Shown piece by piece: positions 1-10,153 of a stretch of DNA of 20,000 nucleotides. Location of the stretch: NCBI GenBank assembly GCA_051942245.1, contig JAVECL010000061.1:45567-65566 (forward strand), read 5' to 3'. The notes below the pieces were generated by a model. It was not told the DNA's origin, ran no database searches, and worked only from the letters and a program-made list of their open reading frames with translations. The stretch comes from Trypethelium eluteriae (lineage: Eukaryota). Position 1 is the first letter of the stretch. Each line of letters begins with the position of its first letter. The position numbers were made by a program, and so were the translations under genes.

Positions 1-2880
1 AATAGTTGGCACCATAGACGATCGGCAGGTCCATAGTCAAGTCTTTGGGGGCTTCCTGGGTAAGGATCACCGCGATCGTTCTAAAGATTATGAGATGCGC
101 CGAGGAGGGCGAGCTTCTTAATCCATCCTCGTCTACATTGAGTTCTCGGAAGTATTGGCGCAGTGCTCGTTCTTGAAATCGCAACGGAAACCAGGTGCTT
201 GGATCTCGGGCGGGCTGATTCGTGGAGTCATCGTCCAAACTTTCCAGTAGCTCACTGTCATTCTCGTCTGACGACTGTTCCGCTTCATCAGTGTCTTGGG
301 CGAACCGAAGGAGCCTACGCATTCTCTTAGTGTGGCACGCGCGCAAGCAGGTTGGATAGTAAATACCTTGCCAATCGCCCATCAACCTCTTCTTCGACAC
401 TCAAGTTGGAGTTTTGATCAACAAGTCGTACCAAAGTTGACGCTTCGCCCAGAGTCAACGGGCGCTCAGAATAGGCTAACCATGCAAAAAGTCGCTTGAG
501 CGAAGCAAATTCTTCCTTTGTGCGACCTTTCCGACACTCGTCTAGGAGCACGTCATACAGGCACGTCAAGCTATCCGGAAGCTCGCGAAGCTCTTTCGTG
601 ATCAAATTTTCTCGCCGAAGAGAGTTGAGTCGTTGCAGGGCATGCTCCACGTAAAGTATACCTGCATGACCGTCAGCACTCTCGAAAGGCTGGTTGAAGG
701 GCATGACTCACTGTCGGCTTTTTGCGCAAGCTTCGTCGCTATACGTTTTCGAGCTGACATGTCAAGTCGTCTAAGGTTAGAGAGGGAACTGATCCTGGCT
801 CGTATTATTTGCTTGACATCCTTCTTGAGTAAATCCATTGTCAAGGCAAGCGACGGAGCCGCCAAATCTTCTATTTCCACACGACTGGTGATCAGGGCAC
901 TGATTTGCAGGCTGTCTTTCTTTATCTGAGCGAGGAGACTGAGTAATTTTGTTCGGTCCTCGGTATTTATTTCATCGATGCCATCTATGACCGGGACCAA
1001 TTTAGATTCGGAGTCGGCCGGATATTTGGCGACTATGAGTTCATCCCAAATCAAGGTTCCGTCATCGCCCTCGATTTTATCACCGATCTTTTTGAGGTCA
1101 GGAATGATTTCTTCGCGATATTTCGAGTCGGCCTCGGCAATTTGAGTGACAAGTGACTTTATGAAATTTTTAATCGAACGCAGCTGCTCGTGCTCCTCTT
1201 CGAAGAAAAAGTAGGCCACAGTCGTTCTATCTGCTGCACCTTGGGCCTGAGACTGCAGATCAGCGATCGCATACGATGCCAGGTGGGTCTTCCCCAACCC
1301 GCGCTCGCCTGTGACCAATAGCAGGGATTCTGTACCATTAGCAAAGTCTCGATACGGTCTTGCACTGGGCAGCCAAGCGAGCTTCCCTTTCACAAAGGAC
1401 TGTCCAATATTGGCAATTATCTGAGCAGGTTGTGCGGTAGTTTGCAGATCACTCCGAATTCGATTCAAAGCCAGTGAGCGCCTTGCTCCGGCATCTTTGC
1501 TCCTTCCCGCTTTGTCCGCTTTCCCATGATCCTGGCCGTCTTTCTGCGGTTTCTTTTCTCTTTCCCGACAAATCTTGAGGATCACTTTCTCCATTCGCTG
1601 AGATGTCTCAAAGTGTTCCCGTTCAAGCATCGCTTGCTCTTTCACAATCACATTCGTCTCTTCTGATGTAGCTAGGTTTTTCTGCGTCACGACCAGATTC
1701 TCGGATGCGATACCTGCAAGTTGCACCGTTTCCCTGTAGTTCTCGATCGTCTGCCCTAGCGTAGCAAACATAGTGGCAGATTCTAGTCGCTGAATGTTAC
1801 CATTTAAGTCCTCCATAGAACCCTTGAGGTTGTCATCGGAACCTTTGAAGAGAGCTTTCCCCCATTTCACTGAGAGCATGTCACTGTTAGCATCTACGGC
1901 CAGTCAGCTCGTTGAGATTACTGACAGAATCTTCCATCTTTCTGATATTGAGATGCAATCGCGCAAAGACCGAGCATAGAGCCAAAGACACGCGCCAGCA
2001 TTGTCTGATATGTGCTAACTGAAGGAAGCTTATTCTCCGAAAGGGATATACGCTCGAGAAACGCGTGCATGATGCTGAAGAAGGTCTCAATCATATCGTA
2101 GTCTGAAGACGTGTCTTTCGCCGCCTGTCGATGTTGAGAGCGTCAACTCCAATCGCTACTCCCAAAGTCGGACACGAACCTTCATGATCCCTATGTAAGT
2201 CTTGTTAGACTTTTCGCCATCATCACGAATCTTACAGCAGATAGGCGCGTCCAATGGCTGGTACAGAACATCAATGGAGCACCTCGACTCTAAAATAATG
2301 AAAAACGGGAGTATCCTGGATTTTCGCTGACTTATCTTCTTCAAGCCTTTGGAACACGATCTAGGAATCTAAGGCCGGAAATTGTGTAGACTTCGTTCAC
2401 CCCCAATTGATATCGGCATCAGTCAACGGACGCGCCTACCTGCTGGAAAATGAAACTCACACGTAAAAGCAGTCACTATTGTGGCTGTTGGAGGAAATGC
2501 CTCTTAGAAGTAAGCTTCCGTGTATGCGGGCAGTCGGGATCGTGGATAGCATACTGCACTTGCTGCTGTCCCAATCTGCTTAGCAGCAGACAAAACCTAA
2601 CATCTTATCAACTCGAATACGCTTGGTGGAGCGTGCATGAACTTACAATGTCTGAGTTCTGGTTGACAAAATGCCGAATCTTGTCGCCTCGTTTTCCGCT
2701 GTAACGGAATGACTCAAACCGATCGACTTGCTTCTTTTGGTCAACCATAATAGCGTCCAGACTTCTCAAATTTCGAAACTCCGCACGGTCAGTCTTTGTC
2801 ACGTTGCAATACTGATCAATGGCTTCCTCCCACACTCTCCCCACATCGGAGGTGTCCGCCTGCCGTTCTGTGAACGACAT
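1..2880 (-). CDS. NLR-like STAND protein: N-terminal fungal 'Goodbye'-like helical domain + NACHT NTPase; 3' end lies outside the window (about 764 codons visible)
   Basis: Exons (minus): 2880-2647, 2596-2555, 2500-2461, 2190-2180, 2124-1926, 1869-712, 661-367, 314-<1; all phases join in one frame. The N-terminus (WEEAIDQY...FESFR...DKIR...IGTAASAAFPPTATIVTAF...SSDYDMIETFF...FLERISL) fits the Goodbye domain. Walker A is GERGLGKT and Walker B is VIDGIDE. Post-NACHT motifs WLAYSERPLTLGE and FQERALRQYF are present. Confidence 0.88.
2235..2445. mobile_element. MITE-like non-autonomous TIR element (211 bp) inside intron 3 of the NACHT gene
   Basis: Left arm cagcagataggcgcgtcc (2235-2252) matches the reverse complement of the right arm, cagcaggtaggcgcgtcc (2445-2428), at 17/18 positions, with looser similarity to about 40 bp. 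Ends are CAG...CTG, with TA on the left (2233-2234) and GA on the right. Removing the element shrinks the 270-nt intron to 59 nt, close to the gene's other 50-56 nt introns. Confidence 0.72.
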
Positions 2881-3302
2881 CGTTGTGGAGATTGCGCGTG
2901 TAACCCGGCAATTTTTGTCTTGTGTATAAAGCTACGCTGAGTGAAATGTCGAACAAAACCAGATGTACAAACGAAGGTCGATGTCGTGTTGAGACCGTGA
3001 ACAGTCTACTTTGTTGCAGCCTACGGTAGCTCGATCTCTGCCCAGCAGCTTGTCGATACCGCAGAAAAGGCGACGACGTTAGAAGCCTCAGCTTTTAAAT
3101 AAAGTCAACGAGCAGGGGTTATCACCGGTGAAGCGTGCATGCCTGCGAGCTCAGATCCATTGAAGGACCCCGCCCCACGATGAAGCCTGCTTTAGCTAGG
3201 AGCAGCCGCAGACGTGGAGACTTCAGCTGACTGACCAGGTCTTGGTTTAGCGCCCAGCAGCCCCCAAACCCCGAGAACTCGCATATCCTCCATCTTGTTT
3301 CC

Positions 3303-3334
3303 TACAGCAGGTACGATAGGCGCGGCCAATGGCT
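3303..3334 (+). repeat. Solo copy of the same TIR-like end
   Basis: ta-cagcaggtacgataggcgcggccaatggctag resembles ta-cagcagataggcgcgtccaatggctgg at 2233-2261 (a 5-nt insertion and 2 mismatches). I found no partner inverted end downstream. Confidence 0.6.
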
Positions 3335-3639
3335 AGCGTGGAATAACTTACCGCTCTAGGGGTAATTTTTAACCGGTAATCAATACATTGTTACCTCACA
3401 TTTACTGTTATGGCCATGTTGGACGATGTTAAAAAAGCCACTCCTCTGCGGTAAGGTAAGTACCTTGTGGATCTGCGTACAACTGCATATCTTATAAATC
3501 CCGCTGTCCGCATGTTCGTAATCAGACCTGTTAGCTCAAGGTAGTCGGTTGTATCTTCACTCGTTACTTTCATTTCATTACTTGATGATGTTAGACACCG
3601 TTCTAGGAGAAAAAGGACTCGATTGACCTCTCTGTATAG

Positions 3640-4011
3640 TCTGAGGTAGAGGCTCTATATAAACCTCATCGAGATGAGGACGAAGGTAAACACCTAATTA
3701 ACTAGTAAAATGAGGATCTACATAGTAGGTTCGAGGATCTCGCGCATTGACCCTCGCGTAGAGCGTAGCGAGATTACGCGGTAGGCTAGGTTGATTGGAT
3801 CAACTTCATGAAGAACATCATGAACATCATCATTACTGGATCCCTGAAAATCGTAGAGAAATTGTGAATCTTTACAGAATTCTTCCTTCCTAGCAAAAGA
3901 AAAAGATAGAAAAAAGATAGAAGCATTTAGGAGGAAGTTGTTCATGGCTAGTTTGTGACAGAATCGGAATATTTTTCCTCGCATGTGTATGTGTACCGTA
4001 AGTATACCTAG
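3640..4011 (+). pseudogene. Degenerate, RIP-like coding relic of unidentified origin
   Basis: The frame from 3640 reads protein-like (...INxxNEDLHSRFEDLAHxPSRRAxRDYAVGxVDWINFMKNIMNIIITGSLKIVEKLxIFTEFFLP...). It has 10 stops, 7 of them TAG and 1 TAA, as expected from TGG/CAG/CAA transitions. The in-register antisense frame is open (ORF 3718-4095), typical of a coding shadow. Confidence 0.4.
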
Positions 4012-4152
4012 AGCTAGGCAAGGTATCATTCCTCTTCTGATTAGCGCCCACAAAGCGACCAACCTCGAGTCATGTAGAAGGAAATCCGTTCCCATGCATC
4101 AACAGATGGTAATTTTCTCAGATATCACAGAATCCATCACAAGACCATCAAG

Positions 4153-4642
4153 ATGGCTGCAACCCCTTCGCAGCAAGGATGCCATCCTCTGAAATACACA
4201 GTAACTCATTATCGCAAGCAGCAACACACCCATGAGGCATTCATTAAGTGGATCGTTGAGAAGCACCTCCCACTTGCTATGCCTGTCTTCAAGAAGCATG
4301 GCGTCCTTGGGTATTCGCTCGTGAGTGGCGCCTGCTAGACTCGTACTGCTCACGGTACTTAAATCTGTCATTCAGTTCGTCACGCCGCCTTCTCTTAATG
4401 ATGCACTGAAGCAGGAGCTTTAGGAGATCCGACCCAGTTGGGATTTCGCCGACTTTGACTGTTTCATCGAGTACACAATCCCTGACGTACAAGTCATCAA
4501 GAATGTTACGTCGAATCCAGACTGGGCAACAGCAACTAAGGACCAGGACGACTGGGTCGATATGACCAAGATCTTGAATTCCCTAGGATATTCTACACCA
4601 CACCTCTTGGAGACTGGGGAGGTTGCAAACATGCCGGAATAA
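4153..4642 (+). pseudogene. EthD-domain (dimeric alpha-beta barrel) gene with a premature TAG at 4421-4423
   Basis: Exon 1 (4153-4320) has YTVTHYRKQQHTHEAFIKWIVEKHLPLAMPVFKKHGVLGYSL. Intron 4321-4375 is GTGAGT...TTCAG. Exon 2 (4376-4642) reads FVTPPSLNDALKQEL*EIRPSWDFADFDCFIEYTIPD...NPDWATATKDQDDWVDMTK...GEVANMPE*. EthD-like sequence continues for 72 codons past the internal stop. Confidence 0.8.
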
Positions 4643-6667
4643 CTCGGCCATAAGGTACTTGTTTTAGGATAGAACAGGGCTGATCCAGCCAGAAACTTCT
4701 GACGCTTATTCGTATAGCACCTAGTCTTGCGTCAGATTTTGAAATGGGGAAAATGTATCACAGGTCCTAAGATTGTGAGGGCAATATTTCACTGGAAGGG
4801 TCGTGCCCAGGTCTTGCAATGCAGCGTTCCCGAAGACCTAACTAGAGCCAACATACCAATACAACCTCATAGTTGATTCCATTTGCAGGGCATTTAGGAT
4901 ATTCATTAATGCCAAACAAAACGAGATATGACTTAGCTTCCTGTGGCCGAATAGGTGATAGCAAGCTGACTCCCAAATTCCAGAAATAGGCTACGCTTAG
5001 TAGGTAACAGGAAGAACACTCCGAATGCCAGGATCTTTCGGATCAATTCAAGAGACGGGGGTTGAAGATTGGGCAGCACATACCGTGTTCAGCATTTAAA
5101 GCCGTAGTCTGATGCCTATAACCTCTCACGACATCGAACATTACAGCCTCCTCCGGGCCCTACTCCGCACCGATGCAGAGCCAATCTGCAGAGCAGAAAT
5201 TTGGTCGGTCATTGCGGCCTCTATTTAACGTCGTCATGCATGTGTTGAAGGCGTCGAGTCGCGGCATTGAAAAAGGATTTCTCAAATTGGAACGCCCTAT
5301 ATTCACTTGAGTACTTCAACAAGAGCCATGTCTTTCAGGCTGGTCGTACTGTAGTTGCCGCTCTCTTTCAAGGCAGCCGGTACAGCAGGCCATTGCAGAT
5401 TTAAGACCACGAAACTTGTCAAAGGTTTGGTCAGGAGCCTCTCGGTTAGCATATTGCATGGTCGAATAAATTTACCTCTCCTCAATGCTAGCTCCGCTAT
5501 TGATTACGGTTTTGAAGATGTTTCCCCAAATTCCTGACCGCTGTGTTTCAGAAGACCTAGCCCAGGGAGTCGCCGTCGGCAAGACCGCGAGAATAAAATA
5601 CTTGGAGTGTAGTCTTTCCAATGACTAGCCGATCAAAGAAATGTAAAAGTCTTAGCAACATCTCTAAATCAAGAGTGAAGTAAAGCTAGTCCAGCTGGTC
5701 AAGGCCAGCACCGCCAGTGTCTCTTCTATCTGTGTCACGTCCCTCACGACTAACAACAAGAGGAGAACGCCGAGATATATAGCCAACTGTGCAGAGCTAT
5801 GACTCTAGACTATCCCCGCAATAGGGCACAGATACGAGGTCAGTTGATGAAGATAGGGAACGGACAGTAGGGTTATATTGGGAACGTATACAGCGCATTG
5901 GACCCATGAATGGCTACTGAAATTTGGATTGCCGAGAACGAGGTAGGTGAGAGAGTCATTGAAGCCCAATTGTCACTAAATCAGTAGGTCTTCAATTTCC
6001 TAAAATGACGCAGGCCATCTACGATAGGCACGCCACCCATGTCACAAGCGTCAACCAGACCAGAGCGGGGAGTTAAACGCATGCTCGATCGAATTCAAGA
6101 CTAGCCAAAGTTGAACAAGAAGGATTATTCTCCATCTGTAAGTAGAGTACTCTGCCCGTGAGTTGACGGTAGATGGACATGTTGCAATCAAGATACTACG
6201 GCCTGTCCGTGGTAGTAGATTGCACAAGCCTGGGTGCTATGAGAGTGAGGATCGTAGCGCCGATCTAACGAGACTTCCATTCCTAGTGGCAATATTGGCA
6301 GATGGCTGGCAATGATGCGGATTGCTTAGGGGAAACGACTGAGCGAAGGTGCCAGGATCTCACGTATCATCAGAATATCTCTCAAGGAGTACTACTACAT
6401 CTTGATTTGCGTAAGCAAGCAGACCGGAAATCTCGAGGAAGGTTTTTAGTATTGAAAAGGGGACATTAGGATTATCTGTCCATATCAATGACCGGTTTGC
6501 AACCACGCGAGAGAATGCAAGAGTGAGAACGATATGTGCTTCAAAGATCGACTTTTACCAACTAAGCAATTGGCCAAAATTGCAACGAGGAAGTATAGCA
6601 ATTCCATCGGAGTTTTTCGAAAGGGCTGCCGGGATATTCTGGTTGTTGAAAGCGAGCTACGGAAGCC

Positions 6668-8149
6668 TCACTGGGTGTTGTGGCCCACATTACCAAGAAA
6701 TACGACAAGGACAGCACAGTATCTAATAGGTGATTAGCAAGCACAATAAGGCAGTGCAGATAAGGGCCATTTCATACGCAGCGGCAGAACCTAGAATCTC
6801 ATGTCGTCGGGCTCTCGTGAATAGCGACAAGATAGCCGAGAAGGCCAATGTGAAGACCAGGAGAACACCGATGCAGATAGCGTCGGATCTGCTCGTTCCA
6901 ATATCGGCGACAAGATGATAAAGTACATAGATCGGAACTACAAGGAGAGTGAGGATCGCAAAAATGATGATGCCGCTGGCAAAATTATTGATCCGCTCGT
7001 GGTCATAGTAGACTCCCGGGCCTTGACATTTTTGCTTCGTCTCAGGGGAACGGAATAAGTACTGGACAGAGTCAGCAGGCTGGAATTGAAATGTCGGAAA
7101 GATGAGTGAGCAAAAAATTGTGATATCCACAAAGGCTCTAGATTGAGAAATGCTTGCAAACATGGAATTTAGCAGAAAACAACTGACTTCAATAATCTTT
7201 TTAGCGCCCATTCTCTGCTGTAGGAATTTGAGGAGATGCTCAATGCCTGAATCAAGCCATGCGTGTTCTCGGCGGTGTCTGAGGGTGACTAGATCTTCGC
7301 GACAACGGACCCAGGCTGCTTCCCTTTTGGGCACAGGTGCCACTTGGTTCATGTAGTTGATGATACTCTTGTAATCACTCGCCGCAGGCTTGTTGAACGA
7401 GACGAGCTGCTGAGCCACAGTCAAGAGACTTGCTACAGAATCTTAGAGAACGCCATGTTTGTAGGATAGTCCAATGACGTACCGTAGTCTCGGAATTTTT
7501 CTTCAATTTGAACAAATAGAGCTCTTCGAGGCGCAGCATCCTCTTCACTCAGGTCCCTTCTATTGACCTTATCTGGATCTTGTTTTCCATCGCGCTCATC
7601 CCATTCGTCTAACGTTGTCTCTAGCTTTCGTAGTTCATCCTGCTTTTCGAGCAGCAAGCGGCTTTGGAGATAACCAAACCGGCGGTAGACCATAAAGCTC
7701 TCATCGCTATCGAGGAATGCTGCAAAATTCGGGTAGCCCCTTGGACACGACTCCACTGCCGCACGACCATGAGTGCATGCCGAGATCGAATACATGCGAA
7801 CACTACTTACGCTGCCTCACCAATACGGAGTTAGGTGCTGCGCTAGGCTTTTTGGAATCGGATGCTGCGCTGCGCTTTGACAGACGCTTAGAGGTAAGAC
7901 GCAGGGCCGCCCAAAGAGATGAGATAGGATTCCACGCATTGCGAGGCTCGTTTTCTGTTCCGCATCAGCGTTTCGGTCAATGCAAATGGCAAGGCAGATT
8001 CACAGACCTCGTCCTCGGCCTTCACCGGGGAAAAACGGGCTTTGTGACTTTGTTGTGGAGGTGGGGGAAAATAAAGTCGGTGACTTTTCTAGGTCAGTGC
8101 ACTGGAGACCCTCCTCCAATTCCCGAACCTCATCTTTAGACCGATCCAT
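6668..8149 (-). CDS. DUF6594-family membrane protein (about 380 aa; disordered N-terminus, helical core, three C-terminal TM helices)
   Basis: Exons (minus): 8149-8008, 7954-7811, 7755-7483, 7432-7188, 7061-6778, 6722-6668; phases are consistent. Family motifs are CPRGYPNFAAFLDSDESFMVYRRFGYLQSRLLLEKQDELRKLE, EDLVTL, and the C-terminus LVFTLAFSAILSLFTRARRHEILGSAAAYCAVLVVFLGN. Exon 1 and intron 1 (GTCTGT donor) are less certain. Confidence 0.85.
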
Positions 8150-8385
8150 GTAAATCTTTGGGACAACACTCGATTTCACATGTATAAAAGCGGAACCTAG
8201 AGAAGGTGTCAAGCAACTCAAATCGGCTGAGGAAATTCTCAATTCTATATAGCAACTTCTACTGTCACCCAGCCTTGCTTGAGCGGCCTCATACGGGTAA
8301 CTAAACTGGAGCGCCTCGCATTTCCCGTACCTTCAAGCAGAAAAAAGGCAGCCAAGCACATCGATCCTTTCGCAAACTCTTACAT

Positions 8386-8746
8386 TTACTTGAGGTCATC
8401 TTCACTGGTCCAGGCGCCCGAATTTACTGCATTCCCCTCTTTGTCTTTCAACTTGTACTCCCAGCCCGAGTGCCCTTTGCGACTAGCGGCAATAGTCACG
8501 AGTAAGTTTTCTCCATTCGATTTCCGCAGCCAGGCTTTTCCACCGTCTTTAAATCCAGCTGGCGGCTACTTGTCTGGTTAACACTGCAGAAGCAAGGGTT
8601 ATATCCTGAGGCAGACTTACGATCGCATTTTCCCCAGTGGCAGGCCAGTATGCGCGGTCGCCTGAGCCTTGAGTGGTCTAGATCTGTTAGGAGGGTGCCT
8701 GAGGATAAGATAGATCTGCAATACTTACTGCCTGTCCAGAAGCCAT
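8386..8746 (-). CDS. Small 3-exon protein (84 aa) with an SH3/Tudor/KOW-like beta-barrel pattern; not in the ORF track
   Basis: ATG at 8746. Exons are 8746-8729, 8677-8621 and 8565-8386. Introns 8728-8678 (GTAAGT...CTAAC...TAG, 51 nt) and 8620-8566 (GTAAGT...TTAAC...TAG, 55 nt) are both phase 0. Product: MASGQATTQGSGDRAYWPATGENAIPPAGFKDGGKAWLRKSNGENLLVTIAASRKGHSGWEYKLKDKEGNAVNSGAWTSEDDLK. Confidence 0.8.
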
Positions 8747-8875
8747 GAGCCTATCACAGCCTTTTCGCTCCAGTCTAAATTCACAATCTGGTAGCCACGA
8801 TCGGGCGCGAGCAAGTTGTAGAGTGTGCCTTGCAAGGCTTTCTAACCGGTGAACACGCAGTGCAGCTTTCGCTTG

Positions 8876-8883
8876 TTTATATA
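8876..8883 (-). promoter_or_regulatory. Candidate TATA box for the 84-aa gene
   Basis: TATATAAA on the minus strand, about 130 bp upstream of ATG 8746. Confidence 0.4.
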
Positions 8884-10153
8884 CATCCACCTTCTCGTCG
8901 AAGTGGCCCAAAGAGGCGGCAAGGCGAATGATAGTATTTGAGGCTTGATAATGACTGCAAAGTGGGGGCCAATCGTCTTCATGTGCAACCACACCTCCCG
9001 AGCTCGAGCACGAATCATCACTATACAAGAGCCTCAAAAAGTGGGGTGGTCAATCAAATGTTACAGCCTCGAAACACTTCATGATGGAGTCCCAGCTTGA
9101 CCCCAGTCGTAGAAGGTTCATGCTACGCAGTCAGATCGCCTGGAATATGCCGACTCTATCGTAGCTTCTCACGGATTGGTCATTTAAAACCTGTCCTTTG
9201 AAGTTAAGACTAGATAGGTATTCCGTAATAAAATGGCGACTACGCTTTACCAATCTTTGAAGCCTGTCTTATACAGCTCAGCTATGCCTATTCGATCACT
9301 AGCTCATCACCATCGGACTTGATACAAGTCAAATCATTGTATGGAGTGTTTGCCATTGGCCACTATCATGCGGACCCCCTGAAGAAGTCAATTGTATTCT
9401 TCTAAAGTACTTCATAACGATCGTGCCCCCTGTCGTGCACAGTAGAAGAGATATTGCGCCGTGCGTACGGCCGAGAATCCTGCACTTACCGTACTCTGGC
9501 TTAGCTTCTCATCTGATCAGATCTCCGTTCTCTGTCTCTACGTCAGACTCCTGCGTGTTACGTCTACGGCATCCTTCAATAGACGATATTTTTTTTCTTC
9601 TTCTGAAAGAGACAGATCGATACAGGAGCTTTAGTGCATAGGATTTGGCGGGTTATCCTCGAGCTTTAACCCTTTTTGCTCGCCTGGCGCCGATTCATAG
9701 ATAACTTTTGTATGGAAGCGCACTTCTGCACATTCTAGACATCGAACGAATAAATTTGTATATGTATAAGTACAACGCCACCTTCCCCGCATGCACCTCC
9801 TAATATTACTCCGCCTCAGCTAATAGCTTTACGGTGACTTCGCCACGCTCTACATTGAAGTGCGGGCTTCCAATGACCAGCCCCGTCATGAGACTTAGAG
9901 ATCCAGCATCGAAAATTGCAAGGCTGTCACGATGAGGGCGCAGCTTGCAGTTTTTGACTGTGTGTGAGTCTCACATCCTGAGGCAGTGCGATTACAATGC
10001 GTTTCTTAGCTTATGTGACCGTCCATTACTTGTGTCTCAGCAATATATCTAGGACCCGAAAAGCCTGATTCCATCAGTATCACTGTCTCAATTCCTCAAA
10101 AGCGTGCTACATTACTACAAAGAATTTACCGATACTACGGTCGTGTGCCAAAC

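Noticed and set aside
3718..4095. 125-aa minus ORF
   Set aside because: It has no recognisable motif and is better explained as the antisense shadow of the degenerate + frame.
5381..5389. tacagcagg match to the TIR end
   Set aside because: The match is only 9 nt with no extension, which is compatible with chance.
4700..6660. Short ORFs and scattered splice-like signals (for example a possible + exon at about 6287-6410)
   Set aside because: I could not assemble a start-to-stop gene or recognise any motif. A small gene or relic is not excluded.
8279..8581. 100-aa plus ORF
   Set aside because: It is the in-register antisense shadow of exon 3 of the 84-aa gene and has a non-ATG start.
8687..9037. 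116-aa minus ORF with a faintly ankyrin-like LAASLGH stretch
   Set aside because: It starts at TTG. Its only ATG (8746) is the start of the spliced 84-aa gene, and its tail is intron 1.
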